Shown here: positions 1 to 11,911 of the stretch, piece after piece | How positions within the stretch are numbered: position 1 is the first letter of the stretch | Layout of the letters: every line of letters starts with the position of its first letter | From: Rudaea sp. | GTDB taxonomy: Bacteria > Pseudomonadota > Gammaproteobacteria > Xanthomonadales > Rhodanobacteraceae | Length of the DNA: 59,468 nt | Assembly (NCBI GenBank): GCA_035473575.1 | Contig: DATIOA010000046.1 | Coordinates: forward strand, 1-59,468 | Direction of reading: 5' to 3' | Notes under the pieces: model-generated | What the model saw: only the letters and a program-made list of their open reading frames with translations | Told to the model about the DNA's origin: nothing | Database searches by the model: none | Made by a program: the position numbers and the translations under genes

Positions 1-2
1 TG

Positions 3-293
3 CGCGGCGCCTGGGCACCAAACGTGATCTGGTACCTGCGCGGCGGCGCACGCCGTTTCGGCGAGCTGCGCCACGACATCCCGCGCATTTCCGCGCGCGT
101 GCTAAGCGCACGCCTGCGCGAGCTGGAATCGCGCGGCATGATCGTGCGCCGCCTGCTCGATACCTCGCCGCCATCAGCCGAATACGAACTGACCGAGTTG
201 GGCCACGAACTGCTGCCCGCGCTCGATGCCATCGTCAAGGTCGGCACCAAGCTCAGGCACGATGCGGCGCCACCGCGGCGCCTGGCCGCATGA
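3..293 (+). CDS. HxlR-family winged-helix transcriptional regulator (5' truncated by window edge)
   Basis: GAWAPNVIWYL..RRFGEL..IPRIS..VLSARLRELE..G..EYELTELG motif; frame open to window start. Confidence 0.85.
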   Translation, partial: RGAWAPNVIWYLRGGARRFGELRHDIPRISARVLSARLRELESRGMIVRRLLDTSPPSAEYELTELGHELLPALDAIVKVGTKLRHDAAPPRRLAA

Positions 294-1468
294 CGCACGC
301 GATCGATGTTCGCGGCACGCCGAGGCAGCCGCTCGGCATGCCAGCGGCAAGGTTCCTGCGCGAGTTCTGGCAGAAACACCCGCTGCTGATTCGCGGCGGG
401 TTTCCATATATCCACAAATGTATCTCCGCCGATGATTTGGCCGGACTGGCGTGCGAAGAAGCGGCGTTATCAAGAATCGTGTTGCACGACGCGAAACGCG
501 ACACTTGGACGCTACGCGGCGGCCCGTTTGCGGAACACGATTTCGCCAAGCTGCCGAAGAAAAACTGGACCTTGCTCGTACAGGACGTGGACAAGTGGGA
601 CATGGACGTGGCCGCGTTGCTCGATGCGTTCGCCTTCATCCCGAGCTGGCGCGTCGACGACGTGATGGTCAGCTATGCCGTCGATGGCGGTGGCGTCGGC
701 GCCCACGTCGACCAATACGATGTGTTCCTCGTGCAAGGCATCGGCAAACGGCGCTGGCGCATCAACACCGACCCGAACGCGCCTGTCGATTTCCGCGACG
801 ACACCGAACTGAAATTGCTGCGCGAATTCACGCCGACGCACGACTGGATCCTCGAACCCGGCGACGCGCTCTACCTGCCACCCGGCGTGCCGCACGAAGG
901 CACTGCGGTCGGCGAGTGCATGACGTTTTCCGTCGGCATGCGCGCGCCATCGCAAGCCGAACTGCTGCTCGACTTTGCCGAATTCCTGGCCGAGCCGCTG
1001 GGCGAGGAAGCGCGCTTCACCGATCCGGATTTGTGCCCCGTACGCGATGCCGGCGAAATCGACGCTTTGGCGCTCGCGCGCGTGCGAACGGCGATACCGC
1101 ATTTTTCCAATGTGGACAAAGCCACGATTGCGGATTGGTTCGGGCGCTTCATCACCCGCTATCGCAGCGCGCAGATCGTGGCACCATCAACGCGTCCGCT
1201 TTCGCCCGCACGACTCGCGGCGAAGCTGCCCGCGTCGCGCGTGCTGCGCAATCCCTTCAGTCGCTTCGCCTGGATGCGCGACGGGCGCCTTGCCGCATTG
1301 TTCGTCGCGGGCGAGCGCCACGATTGCCCGCTGGCACTGGCGAGAACGCTTTGTGCGACCCGTGAGTTCGACGGTGCCGATCTCACACGCGTGGCTGGGA
1401 AGTCCGGAATGGTCGTGGTTGCGGCGCTAGTCGATGGCGGACATTTGCGGCTTTTGCGCGAACGCTGA
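290..1468 (+). CDS. roxA: JmjC/cupin ribosomal protein uL16 arginine hydroxylase (RoxA/YcfD-like)
   Basis: FLREFWQKHPLLIR, WRVDDVMVSYA, GVGAHVDQYDVFLVQG, LEPGDALYLPP..PH; ATGA overlap with upstream gene. Confidence 0.85.
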   Translation: MTHAIDVRGTPRQPLGMPAARFLREFWQKHPLLIRGGFPYIHKCISADDLAGLACEEAALSRIVLHDAKRDTWTLRGGPFAEHDFAKLPKKNWTLLVQDVDKWDMDVAALLDAFAFIPSWRVDDVMVSYAVDGGGVGAHVDQYDVFLVQGIGKRRWRINTDPNAPVDFRDDTELKLLREFTPTHDWILEPGDALYLPPGVPHEGTAVGECMTFSVGMRAPSQAELLLDFAEFLAEPLGEEARFTDPDLCPVRDAGEIDALALARVRTAIPHFSNVDKATIADWFGRFITRYRSAQIVAPSTRPLSPARLAAKLPASRVLRNPFSRFAWMRDGRLAALFVAGERHDCPLALARTLCATREFDGADLTRVAGKSGMVVVAALVDGGHLRLLRER

Positions 1469-1479
1469 ATAATCCCCCC

Positions 1480-2442
1480 ATGATTGCTACCGACTTTTCC
1501 GTCGCCCCCGTCGACTGGAACAACGAAGCCGAACGCGACGCGTGCCGCGCGGTCCGCGAACAGGTATTCGTCGTCGAGCAGAATGTGCCGCGCGAGGATG
1601 AATGGGACGATCTCGACGCCACCTCGCGCCACGTCCTCGCGCGCGACGACGCCGGCAATCCCATCGGCACCGGGCGGCTGACGACCGAACGCAAAATCGG
1701 TCGCATGGCCGTGCTCGCCGACTGGCGCGGGAAAGGCGTTGGCGAAGCCATCTTGAACGTGCTGATCGAACAGGCGCGCGCACTCGGCTACCACACGCTC
1801 GAAATGCATGCACAAACGCACGCCGTGCCGTTCTATGAGAAATTCGGTTTCGTCAAATTCGGCGGCGAATTCGAGGAATGCGCGATCAAGCACTTCAACA
1901 TGCGGTGCAACGTGGAACCGCTGGCAACCCCCTTGCCGCGACTGGTACCGCCACGGCCGGAGCGGCGCATTGTCGCGATCGCGTCGCGCGAAGACGCGGT
2001 GCTCGAGACCTTGCGCCTGATCGAAGCCGCGCGTCACGAAATGTGCATCTATTCCCGCGACTTCGACCCCTGGCTGCTCGACAACGAACCCGCCCTCGAA
2101 GGACTCAAGCGGGTGGCGATCTCCGCGCGCAACGCGCGCGTCCGCGTCATCGTGCACGATCCGCGCGCCGTCGTCGTCGAGGGTCATCGCCTGATCGCGC
2201 TGGCGCAACGCCTGCCCAGCGCGTTCGCGCTGCGCACGCCGAGCGAGGACAACGATCTGCAGTATCCAAGCGCATTCCTGCTCAACGACGCTTCCGGCTA
2301 CTACTTCCGCACGTTGGCTACGCGCTTCGAGGGCGAGGCGGTGAACTACGCGCCCGGCCGGCACGCGCAGTTGCTGGAATACTTCAACCAGGTCTGGGAG
2401 CGTTCCGAACCCAGCGAGGATTTGCGGCAGTTGAACCTGTGA
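1480..2442 (+). CDS. GNAT N-acetyltransferase (ElaA/YjcF-like) with extra C-terminal domain
   Basis: REQVFVVEQ, IGRMAVLADWRGKGVG, AQTHAVPFYEKFGF; ~170 aa C-terminal extension. Confidence 0.85.
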   Translation: MIATDFSVAPVDWNNEAERDACRAVREQVFVVEQNVPREDEWDDLDATSRHVLARDDAGNPIGTGRLTTERKIGRMAVLADWRGKGVGEAILNVLIEQARALGYHTLEMHAQTHAVPFYEKFGFVKFGGEFEECAIKHFNMRCNVEPLATPLPRLVPPRPERRIVAIASREDAVLETLRLIEAARHEMCIYSRDFDPWLLDNEPALEGLKRVAISARNARVRVIVHDPRAVVVEGHRLIALAQRLPSAFALRTPSEDNDLQYPSAFLLNDASGYYFRTLATRFEGEAVNYAPGRHAQLLEYFNQVWERSEPSEDLRQLNL

Positions 2443-2540
2443 CGATGTTGCGCAACGCAACATTCCGCCTGAATTGCGTATAATTCCCCGTTCGTGCGTC
2501 CGCGCCCGCGGATGCCGTTTTTCGATCCCGGCAGGACAGC

Positions 2541-5387
2541 GTGAGCCAGAGTCTTCTCCAGCAATTTGCGGCATCGTCCCAGCTTTCCGGCAGCAATGCC
2601 GGATTCATCGAGTCCCTGTACGAAACCTGGCTGCGCGACCCCGATTCGATCGCGCCGGAATGGCGCACCTATTTCGACACCTTCAAGGGCCGCGAAGCCG
2701 GCGACGTGCCCCATGCGGACGCGATCGCGCGCATCGAGGCGGCGCAGCAGCGCAACGGCCATGCGGTAGCCTTCGCCGCCACCGCCCCGGTTTCCGACGC
2801 ATACGCGCAAAAGCAGGCGGCGGTGCTGAAACTGGTCACGGCCTTTCGCTCGCGCGGACATCTGGCGGCCGACCTCGATCCGCTCGGCATGGCGCAAAAG
2901 CTTCCGGCGCCAGACCTCGATCCAACCTTCCACGGCCTCACCGCCGCGGATATGGAAACCGAGTTCGCCACCGGTGCGCTGGCTGGCCCGCAGAAGCTCA
3001 AGCTGCGCGACCTGATCGCGCGCCTGAAAGCGACGTACGCGGCGACGATCGGCGCGGAGTTCATGCACATCAGCCATACCGAGCAGCGGCGCTGGGTGCA
3101 CGAGCGCCTCGAAGCGGCGGCCGGTCAATTCGGCCTGTCGGTCGACGAACGCAAGCACACGCTGGAATTGCTGACCCAGGCCGAAGGTCTGGAACGCTAT
3201 CTGCACACCAAGTACGTCGGCCAGAAGCGTTTTTCGCTGGAGGGCGGCGACAGTCTGATTCCGCTGCTCGACGAGATCGTGCGCCGCGGCGGTGAAGACG
3301 GCGTGCGCGACATGGTCATCGGCATGGCGCATCGCGGCCGTTTGAACGTACTGGTCAACACGCTCGGCAAGGCGCCGCAGAAATTGTTCGCGGAATTCGA
3401 GGGCAAGTTCGAGCATACCGAAGATCCCGCGCATTCGGGCGATGTGAAATACCACATGGGATTTTCCGCCGACGTGAAAACCGCCGGCCATACCGTGCAC
3501 CTCGCCCTCGCCTTCAATCCCTCGCACCTGGAAATCGTCAATCCGGTGGTGGCCGGTTCCGTGCGCGCGCGCCAGACGCGGCGCAAGGACGCGAATCAGG
3601 AGCAGGTGCTGCCCGTGCTGATCCACGGCGACGCCGCGCTCGCCGGGCAAGGCGTCAACATGGAACTGCTCAACATGTCGCAGGCGCGCGGTTTCGGCGT
3701 CGGCGGTTCGATCCATGTCGTGATCAACAACCAGATCGGCTTCACCACCTCCGATCCGCAGGACGCACGCTCGACGCTGTACTGCACCGACGTCGCCAAG
3801 ATGGTCAACGCACCGGTGCTGCACGTGAACGGCGACGATCCGGAAGCCGTGTTGTTCTGCGCGCGCCTCGCCTTCGACTTCCGCGCCAGGTTCAAGCGCG
3901 ACGTCGTCATCGATCTCGTCTGCTATCGCCGCCATGGCCACAACGAGGCCGACGAACCCGCGGCGACGCAGCCGTTGATGTACCAGGTCATCCGCGCGCG
4001 GCCGACGGCGCGCGAGCTGTATGCCAAGCGCATGGGCGATGCCGGCGTCGTCGCGGCGAACGACGCGCAGGCCATGATCGATGCTTACCGCGCCAAGCTC
4101 GAAGCGGGTCAACCCATCGCGCCGCTGGATCCGACATTCAAGGATTCCTTCGCCGTGGACTGGAGTCGCCACCTCGGCGCGCGCCTGGACCAGGCCGTCA
4201 AGACCGGCGTGGCAAAAGACAAGCTCAAGGCGCTCAACGAAAAAATCCTGACCTTGCCGCCGGATTTCGTTTTGCATTCGCGTGTGGCCAAGATCTACAC
4301 CGATCGCGTGGCGATGGCAGCGGGCACGCACGCCATGGACTGGGGCTTCGCCGAGAACCTCGCCTATGCCACGATCGTCGACGACGGTTACGACCTGCGC
4401 CTCGTGGGCCAGGATACCGGCCGCGGCACGTTCTTCCATCGCCATGCCGAATTGCACGACCAGAAGACCGGCAGGATTTTCGTGCCGCTGGACGGCGTGC
4501 GCACGGATGCGAACGTGCAGGTCATCGATTCGCTGCTCAGCGAAGAAGCGGTGATGGCGTTCGAGTACGGCTACACCACCGCCGATCCGCACACGCTGGT
4601 GATCTGGGAAGGACAGTTCGGCGATTTCGCCAACGGCGCGCAGGTCGTCATCGACCAGTTCATCGCCGCCGGCGAGGCCAAGTGGGACCGCCTGTGTGGA
4701 CTTGCCCTGTTCCTGCCGCATGGTTACGAGGGCCAGGGCCCCGAGCATTCGTCCGCGCGGCTGGAACGCTACCTGCAACTGTGCGCTCTGCAGAACATGC
4801 AGGTGTGCGTGCCGACGACCCCGGCGCAGATGTTCCACATGTTGCGCCGGCAGATGTTGCGCGACTGCCGCAAGCCGCTGATCGTGTTGACGCCCAAGTC
4901 CCTATTGCGCCACAAACTGGCGGTGTCGTCGCTGGACGATCTCGCCAACGGCGGTTTCCAGCTCGTCATTCCCGATTCGACCGCCAAGCCCGGCCAGAAG
5001 GTGCGCCGCGTCGTGCTGTGTTCCGGCAAGGTATATTACGATCTGGTCGAGGACGCGGCCAAGCGTAATCTGGCCGACGTCGCGATCGTGCGTGTGGAAC
5101 AGTTGTATCCGTTCCCGCGCACCGAGGTGAAGGCCCAGATCGCCAAATATCCGGCGGCAAGGGAAATCGTCTGGTGCCAGGAAGAACCCATGAACCAGGG
5201 TGCCTGGTACCAGATCCAGCATCACCTGGTTGCTTGTCTCACCGACGAAAATTCGCTGCATTACGCCGGCCGCGTGCGCTCGCCCGCGCCCGCCGCCGGC
5301 CACCTGCCGACCCACATCGCCGAACAGGCTGCACTGGTCGAGCAGGCGCTGGCGGGGCAGGCAGGCGCGGATCACGCCGCAGACTAA
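2541..5387 (+). CDS. sucA: 2-oxoglutarate dehydrogenase E1
   Basis: [54 protein letters not shown]. Confidence 0.98.
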   Translation: MSQSLLQQFAASSQLSGSNAGFIESLYETWLRDPDSIAPEWRTYFDTFKGREAGDVPHADAIARIEAAQQRNGHAVAFAATAPVSDAYAQKQAAVLKLVTAFRSRGHLAADLDPLGMAQKLPAPDLDPTFHGLTAADMETEFATGALAGPQKLKLRDLIARLKATYAATIGAEFMHISHTEQRRWVHERLEAAAGQFGLSVDERKHTLELLTQAEGLERYLHTKYVGQKRFSLEGGDSLIPLLDEIVRRGGEDGVRDMVIGMAHRGRLNVLVNTLGKAPQKLFAEFEGKFEHTEDPAHSGDVKYHMGFSADVKTAGHTVHLALAFNPSHLEIVNPVVAGSVRARQTRRKDANQEQVLPVLIHGDAALAGQGVNMELLNMSQARGFGVGGSIHVVINNQIGFTTSDPQDARSTLYCTDVAKMVNAPVLHVNGDDPEAVLFCARLAFDFRARFKRDVVIDLVCYRRHGHNEADEPAATQPLMYQVIRARPTARELYAKRMGDAGVVAANDAQAMIDAYRAKLEAGQPIAPLDPTFKDSFAVDWSRHLGARLDQAVKTGVAKDKLKALNEKILTLPPDFVLHSRVAKIYTDRVAMAAGTHAMDWGFAENLAYATIVDDGYDLRLVGQDTGRGTFFHRHAELHDQKTGRIFVPLDGVRTDANVQVIDSLLSEEAVMAFEYGYTTADPHTLVIWEGQFGDFANGAQVVIDQFIAAGEAKWDRLCGLALFLPHGYEGQGPEHSSARLERYLQLCALQNMQVCVPTTPAQMFHMLRRQMLRDCRKPLIVLTPKSLLRHKLAVSSLDDLANGGFQLVIPDSTAKPGQKVRRVVLCSGKVYYDLVEDAAKRNLADVAIVRVEQLYPFPRTEVKAQIAKYPAAREIVWCQEEPMNQGAWYQIQHHLVACLTDENSLHYAGRVRSPAPAAGHLPTHIAEQAALVEQALAGQAGADHAAD

Positions 5388-5398
5388 AAGTATACAAT

Positions 5399-5458
5399 AT
5401 GAAAAATGCGGTCAGGATGGCCGCTTCTTGATTTCGCGTACATGGATGAACGCAAAAA
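5399..5458 (+). ncRNA. Twin GGA-loop hairpin element, copy 1 (CsrA/RsmA-site-like; TwoAYGGAY-like)
   Basis: Hairpins GCGGTC-AGGAT-GGCCGC (5408-5424) and GCGTAC-ATGGAT-GAACGC (5436-5453); homologous to 48959-49020. Confidence 0.65.
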
Positions 5459-5472
5459 CAAAGGACACGATC

Positions 5473-6690
5473 ATGGCACTCGAAATCAAAGTTCCGGTAC
5501 TGCCCGAATCCGTCAGCGACGCGACGATCGCGAGCTGGCACAAGAAACCGGGCGACGCGATCCGGCGCGACGAGAACCTCGTCGACCTGGAAACCGACAA
5601 GGTCGTGCTCGAAGTGCCCGCACCTGCCGACGGCGTGCTCAAGGAAATCAAACAGCAGACCGGCGCCACCGTCACCAGCGGGCAGTTGCTCGCCGTGATT
5701 GAGGAAGGTGCGGTCGCCGCCGCGACGCCCGCCGCTCCCGCAGCACCGAAAGTCGCCGCTCCGGCTGCACCCGCCGCACCTTCCACGCCTGCGCCGAGTG
5801 CAGCCGCGGCGAATCTCTCGCCGGCCGGCCAGCGCGTGACGACCGAGAACAAGATCGACCCGGCCCAGGTCGCCGGCACCGGCGTGCGCGGCCAGGTCAC
5901 CAAGGAAGACCTCGTCAACTTCATGCGCACCGGCGCATCGGCTCCTGCCGCCGCGAAGGCGCCGGCAGCCGCGTTGCCGACGCCGGGATCGCGTCCGGAA
6001 GAGCGCGTACCGATGACGCGCATGCGCGCCAAGATCGCCGAGCGCCTGATGCAGTCGAAGAATTCCATCGCCATGCTGACCTCGTTCAACGAGATCAACC
6101 TGGCCAAGGTCGCGGCGATGCGCAAGGAACTGGGTGAAGCATTCGAGAAGGCCAACGGGATCAAGCTCGGCTACATGAGCTTCTTCGTCAAGGCCGCCTG
6201 CGAGGCGCTCAAGCGCCATCCCGTGGTCAACGCCTCGGCGGACGGCAACGACATCATCTATCACGGCTATCAGGATATTTCCGTCGCCGTATCCACCGAC
6301 AGGGGCCTGGTCACGCCGGTGCTGCGCGATGCGCAGTCCATGAATTTCGCCGAAATCGAAAAGGCCATCGCGGCCTACGCCAAGGCGGCGCGCGAAGGCG
6401 GGCTAAAGCTCGAGGACCTGCAGGGCGGCACGTTCACGATCACCAACGGCGGCACGTTCGGATCGCTGTTCTCCACACCGATCGTCAATCCGCCGCAGAG
6501 CGCGATCCTGGGCATGCACACGATCAAGGAACGCGCGATCGTCGAGAATGGCCAGGTGATCGCCGCGCCGATGATGTACGTCGCGATCAGCTACGACCAC
6601 CGCATCATCGACGGCAAGGACGCGGTGCTGTTCCTCGTCGACATCAAGAACCAGCTGGAAAATCCGCAGCGCATGCTGCTGGGCATGTAA
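5473..6690 (+). CDS. sucB: Dihydrolipoamide succinyltransferase E2
   Basis: Lipoyl motif LETDKV, Ala/Pro linker, SYDHRIIDG; start placed at MALEIKVP after AAGGA. Confidence 0.98.
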   Translation: MALEIKVPVLPESVSDATIASWHKKPGDAIRRDENLVDLETDKVVLEVPAPADGVLKEIKQQTGATVTSGQLLAVIEEGAVAAATPAAPAAPKVAAPAAPAAPSTPAPSAAAANLSPAGQRVTTENKIDPAQVAGTGVRGQVTKEDLVNFMRTGASAPAAAKAPAAALPTPGSRPEERVPMTRMRAKIAERLMQSKNSIAMLTSFNEINLAKVAAMRKELGEAFEKANGIKLGYMSFFVKAACEALKRHPVVNASADGNDIIYHGYQDISVAVSTDRGLVTPVLRDAQSMNFAEIEKAIAAYAKAAREGGLKLEDLQGGTFTITNGGTFGSLFSTPIVNPPQSAILGMHTIKERAIVENGQVIAAPMMYVAISYDHRIIDGKDAVLFLVDIKNQLENPQRMLLGM

Positions 6691-8139
<1,449 letters not shown>

Positions 8140-8145
8140 ACTGCG

Positions 8146-9135
8146 ATGGCCTCGACGTTTTCCGCCTTCCGCATCCACGCCGAGGAAAAGCCTTATCGCG
8201 CCGGCATCCAGACGATGCGCGCGGACGATCTTTCACCCGGCGAGGTGTTGGTCAAGGTCGCGTATTCCTCGGTCAACTACAAGGACGCGCTCGCCGGCAC
8301 CGGCCGCGGCAAGATCCTGCGCGAGCCGGTGCTCAACGGCGGCATTGACGTGGCGGGTTACGTGGCCGCTTCGAGCGATCCGACATTCAAGGAAGGCGAT
8401 CAGGTGTTGTGCACCGGTTGCGGACTGTCCGAAACGCGCGATGGCGGCTATGCGGAATACGCGCGCCTCGAATCGAAGTGGACGATCCCGCTGCCAGCCG
8501 GACTGACCCTGCGCGAAGCCATGATCGTCGGTACGGCGGGTTTCACCGCGGCGTTGTCGCTTTACCAGATGCGTCGCAACGGGCAAGTTCCGGAGATGGG
8601 ACCGATCGTCGTCACTGGCGCGACTGGTGGAGTGGGATCGCTCGCGATCGATATCCTGACCCGCGCCGGCTTCGAGGCGCACGCGATCAGCGGCAAGCTC
8701 GAGCGGTTTGACGACCTGATCGCGCTCGGCGCCAAGCAATGCATCTCGCGCAAGGACCTGTACTGGGGCCGGCGCCCGCTCGAGTCGGCGCATTGGGCCG
8801 GCGCCATCGACAATGTCGGCGGCGACATGCTCTCGGGCCTGACGCGCGTGATCAAGCCCTACGGCAATATCGCCAGTTGCGGCCTCGCCGCCGCCGCGGA
8901 ACTGCAAACCACGGTGATGCCCTTCATCATCCGCGGCCTGAGCCTGCTCGGCATCGCGTCCGCGGGAACCGCGCGCGACATCCGCGACGAGATCTGGGCA
9001 CACCTGGGCTCAGACTGGAAACCGGCGCATCTGGAACGCATCGCCACGCGTGAGGTCGGTCTGACCGAATTGCCCGGCGTATTCGACATCATGCTGGCAG
9101 GCGGCTCGTTCGGCCGCACCGTGGTCAAGATTTGA
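8146..9135 (+). CDS. YhdH/AcuI-family MDR oxidoreductase
   Basis: YSSVNYKDALA, GTAGFTAAL, VTGATGGVGS, MPFIIRG. Confidence 0.88.
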   Translation: MASTFSAFRIHAEEKPYRAGIQTMRADDLSPGEVLVKVAYSSVNYKDALAGTGRGKILREPVLNGGIDVAGYVAASSDPTFKEGDQVLCTGCGLSETRDGGYAEYARLESKWTIPLPAGLTLREAMIVGTAGFTAALSLYQMRRNGQVPEMGPIVVTGATGGVGSLAIDILTRAGFEAHAISGKLERFDDLIALGAKQCISRKDLYWGRRPLESAHWAGAIDNVGGDMLSGLTRVIKPYGNIASCGLAAAAELQTTVMPFIIRGLSLLGIASAGTARDIRDEIWAHLGSDWKPAHLERIATREVGLTELPGVFDIMLAGGSFGRTVVKI

Positions 9136-9289
9136 CCCGAAACCGATCTCGATTCCCGATCAAGAAAACGCGTCAACAATCTGGAATGCAAGAAGATTTT
9201 TTTGTATCGAGAATCGCGCTGGAAATATCGTCGCGCAGCGCCTTAGAATGCGCTGCCCGCACGAGCGGGAAGGAAGGAACGGGAAAATC

Positions 9290-9658
9290 ATGGCGCGTAT
9301 CCTGATCGTGGACGATTCGCCGTCGCAGCTGGTCGGTCTTAAACGCATCGTCGAAAAGCTGGGACACCAGGTGGTCACGGCCGAGGACGGGTCAGCGGGC
9401 GTGGAAGCGGCCAAGCGCGAAGTCCCCGATCTCATCCTCATGGACGTGGTCATGCCCAACCTGAACGGCTTTCAGGCCACGCGCACGATTTCCAAGGACG
9501 CCAAGACCAGCCACATCCCGATCGTGCTGGTTACTACCAAGGATCAGGAAACCGATCGCGTCTGGGGCATTCGCCAGGGCGCCAAGGCCTATGTCACCAA
9601 GCCGGTGAACGAGGGCGAGCTGGTCGACATGATCAACAAACTTTTGCCTGCCGCCTGA
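9290..9658 (+). CDS. pilH: Single-domain response regulator PilH
   Basis: ILIVDDSP, DLILMDVVMPNLNGFQATR, TTKDQETDRVWG. Confidence 0.88.
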   Translation: MARILIVDDSPSQLVGLKRIVEKLGHQVVTAEDGSAGVEAAKREVPDLILMDVVMPNLNGFQATRTISKDAKTSHIPIVLVTTKDQETDRVWGIRQGAKAYVTKPVNEGELVDMINKLLPAA

Positions 9659-9668
9659 CGGCAGGACT

Positions 9669-10553
9669 TCAGCCGAACGCCTTCGCCATCGACTCGTAGA
9701 GCTTGCGTTGCGCGTCGGTGTGCGCCGGCGGCGCATGGATTTCCACGGTGACGTATTGGTCGCCCGGCGTCGCCCCGGGCATGCCGCGTCCACGCAGGCG
9801 CATGCGCTTGCCGCTGTCCGAACCCGCCGGAATCTTCAGTTCCACCTCGCCGCCCAGGGTCGGCACCGTGACCGTTGCGCCGAGTGCGGCCTGCCACGGC
9901 GGCAACGCCAGCGTGTAGTGCACATTGCGGCCTTCAAGGCGGAAACGCGAATCCTCGCGCACCGCGACTTCGAGCATCAAGTCTCCCGCCGGAGCGCCTT
10001 GCGCGCCGGGCGATCCCTGTCCGCCAAGGCGAATCTGCTGGCCGGGCAGGATGCCAGCGGGTAGCTTCACCTCCAACGTGCGTTCGCCGCCGCCATCGCG
10101 CAGGGTGATGCGTTCGCGGCCGCCGCTGTAGGCCGTGACCAGCGGAATTTCGATGCGTGCCTGCATGTCGCGTCCGCGCCGCGGACGCGCCTGTCCACCA
10201 CGGCCACCGCGCCCGTGCGATTGCCCGAACAGGGATTCGAAGAAATCGGAGAATCCGCCTTCGTCGAGATCGGAGAAATCGAAACCCTCGCCGTCGCCGA
10301 AATTCGGCGGCGGATGGAATTCTTCACCCGGCCGGTAACCCTGCGCGCGCAACTGGTCGTAGGCGCGGCGCTTGGCCGGATCCTTGAGCGCCTCGTAGGC
10401 TTCGTTCACGCCTTTGAATTTCTCCTCGGCGCCGGCTTCCTTGCTCACGTCCGGGTGATATTTGCGCGCGAGTTTGCGATAGGCGGACTTGATCTCGGCC
10501 TCGCTCGCGGCGGGCTTGACGCCGAGAGTGTCGTAGTAATCCTTGAATTGCAT
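9669..10553 (-). CDS. cbpA: DnaJ-class co-chaperone CbpA
   Basis: MQFKDYY, J-domain HPD, C-terminal DnaJ domains, no Zn finger. Confidence 0.9.
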   Translation of the reverse strand: MQFKDYYDTLGVKPAASEAEIKSAYRKLARKYHPDVSKEAGAEEKFKGVNEAYEALKDPAKRRAYDQLRAQGYRPGEEFHPPPNFGDGEGFDFSDLDEGGFSDFFESLFGQSHGRGGRGGQARPRRGRDMQARIEIPLVTAYSGGRERITLRDGGGERTLEVKLPAGILPGQQIRLGGQGSPGAQGAPAGDLMLEVAVREDSRFRLEGRNVHYTLALPPWQAALGATVTVPTLGGEVELKIPAGSDSGKRMRLRGRGMPGATPGDQYVTVEIHAPPAHTDAQRKLYESMAKAFG

Positions 10554-10564
10554 GGTCGGTCACT

Positions 10565-10640
10565 CCGTTCGCGCTGAGTCCTTCGACAAGCTCAGGATAG
10601 ACTACGCGCGCAGGGCGTGCGAAGTCGAAGCGCACGCCCC
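10565..10640. repeat. REP-like palindromic element
   Basis: CCGTTCGCGCTGAG..CTTCGACAAGCTCAGG..GTCGAAGCG with nested CTGAG/CTCAG and CTTCGAC/GTCGAAG inverted pairs; reads VYPELVEG on the minus strand. Confidence 0.65.
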
Positions 10641-10650
10641 GTCTGAACAC

Positions 10651-10686
10651 AAAAACCCGCGGTTGCGCGAGACAACCGCGGGTTTT
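10651..10686 (-). terminator. Rho-independent terminator after hsp20
   Basis: AAAACCCGCGGTTG-loop-CAACCGCGGGTTTT. Confidence 0.85.
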
Positions 10687-10705
10687 GTTCCGTCAATCAA
10701 GCCGC

Positions 10706-11152
10706 TCAGTGCTTGATTTCGATCTTGCGCGGCGTGGTCTCGGCCCTTTTCGGAATCGAGATCTCCAGCACGCCATGCTTGCCGCTCGCGCTGATGGCGT
10801 CGGCATCGGCACTATCGGGCAGCGCAAAACGGCGGTGGAAAGCGCCGTACGAGCGCTCGACGCGCGTCGCATTGCCGCTGTCCTCGCGGAGTTCCGACTT
10901 GCGCTCACCCTTGATCGACAGCACGCCCTTGTCCATGCTCACCTCGATGTCCCCGGGCTCCACGCCGGGAATGTCGGCGAGGATCACGAAGCGCTTGTCC
11001 TCTTCACGAATGTCCACGCGCGGCGTCCATTGGCTGGTCACGACGCTGGACTGGTCGGTGTCGGATTCGCCGAAAAAGTTGTCGAACACGTTCTTCAGTT
11101 CGGCCTGGAAGCGGTTGCCCTGCGCCCACGGCGCATAACGCACGATCGTCAT
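10706..11152 (-). CDS. Small heat-shock protein Hsp20
   Basis: WTPRVDIRE, ADIPGV, ERSYGAFHRRFALP, GVLEISIPK, C-terminal IEI. Confidence 0.95.
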   Translation of the reverse strand: MTIVRYAPWAQGNRFQAELKNVFDNFFGESDTDQSSVVTSQWTPRVDIREEDKRFVILADIPGVEPGDIEVSMDKGVLSIKGERKSELREDSGNATRVERSYGAFHRRFALPDSADADAISASGKHGVLEISIPKRAETTPRKIEIKH

Positions 11153-11198
11153 GTCATGTCTCCACGTATGGCGGGCACCGTTGGCCCGGATGCCGAAA

Positions 11199-11226
11199 AG
11201 ATAGGGCCACGCCGATCGCTTTCAAG
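11199..11226 (-). promoter_or_regulatory. Sigma32 (RpoH) promoter of hsp20
   Basis: Minus strand CTTGAAA-N13-CCCTATCT versus consensus CTTGAAA-N13-17-CCCCATNT. Confidence 0.8.
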
Positions 11227-11287
11227 GGTGTTGCGGCAACTACGCAGGCACTATGATGGAGGCACTCGACAACAGTGAGGAAACACC

Positions 11288-11764
11288 ATGACGATCAAGG
11301 TCGGCGACCGCATTCCCAACGCCACGCTCAACTACCTCAAGGACGGCGTGCAGGCGATCAACACGGACGAAATCTTCAAGGGCAAGAACGTGGTGCTGTT
11401 TTCCGTGCCGGGTGCGTTCACGCCGACCTGCTCGGCCAAGCACCTTCCGGGTTACGTGGAGAATCTCGCGAAGTTCACGAACAAAGGTGTCGACGTTGCA
11501 TGTCTTGCCGTCAACGACGCGTTCGTGATGGATGCCTGGGCGAAGAACCAGAACGTTCCCGAGAACCTGCGCATGCTCGCCGACGGCAACGGCACGTTCT
11601 CCAAATCGCTCGGCCTGGAAATGGACGGCACCGCGTTCGGCCTGGGCATGCGCGGCAAGCGCTTCGCCCTCTATGCCGAGGACGGCGTGGTCAAGCAGCT
11701 CCACATCGAGGCGCCGGGCGAGTTCAAGGTGTCCAGCGCCGACGCGATGCTGCAGAACCTCTGA
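11288..11764 (+). CDS. Peroxiredoxin (Prx5/type II)
   Basis: VPGAFTPTCSAKHLPGY, VNDAFVM..W, MLADGNG. Confidence 0.93.
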   Translation: MTIKVGDRIPNATLNYLKDGVQAINTDEIFKGKNVVLFSVPGAFTPTCSAKHLPGYVENLAKFTNKGVDVACLAVNDAFVMDAWAKNQNVPENLRMLADGNGTFSKSLGLEMDGTAFGLGMRGKRFALYAEDGVVKQLHIEAPGEFKVSSADAMLQNL

Positions 11765-11896
11765 ATAACCTGCTGCGCTCGACGTCTCGCGCGCCGGCAG
11801 TGCTCGGAATCCTCATTTACATCTGAGTAAACTCCGGTTCCTGCGCGCTGGCGGCACGCGACCTGTCTTCGCTCGCAACGGTTCTCAGAGGTTCTG
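11753..11896. mobile_element. 144-bp palindromic MITE-like element (RSA/RPE1-like)
   Basis: 12-bp terminal inverted repeats CAGAACCTCTGA / TCAGAGGTTCTG; internal self-complementarity around TTTAC-ATCTGA-GTAAA. Confidence 0.65.
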
Positions 11897-11911
11897 TTCG
11901 CGGTTCGGGAA

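Noticed and set aside
2346-4838. Long antisense or alternate-frame ORFs (also 12092-14200, 20811-23075, 23769-26306, 32995-35541, 46859-48892, 54606-56876, 56776-58653)
   Set aside because: Shadows of real genes expected from high-GC codon bias; no motifs of their own
5720-5990. Ala/Pro low-complexity repeats in sucB
   Set aside because: Normal E2 linker
10324-10650. 108-aa ORF containing VYPELVEG
   Set aside because: Translation of the REP-like repeat running out of frame into cbpA
11153-11198. ROSE thermometer in the hsp20 leader
   Set aside because: Leader is about 40 nt with no clear anti-SD motif
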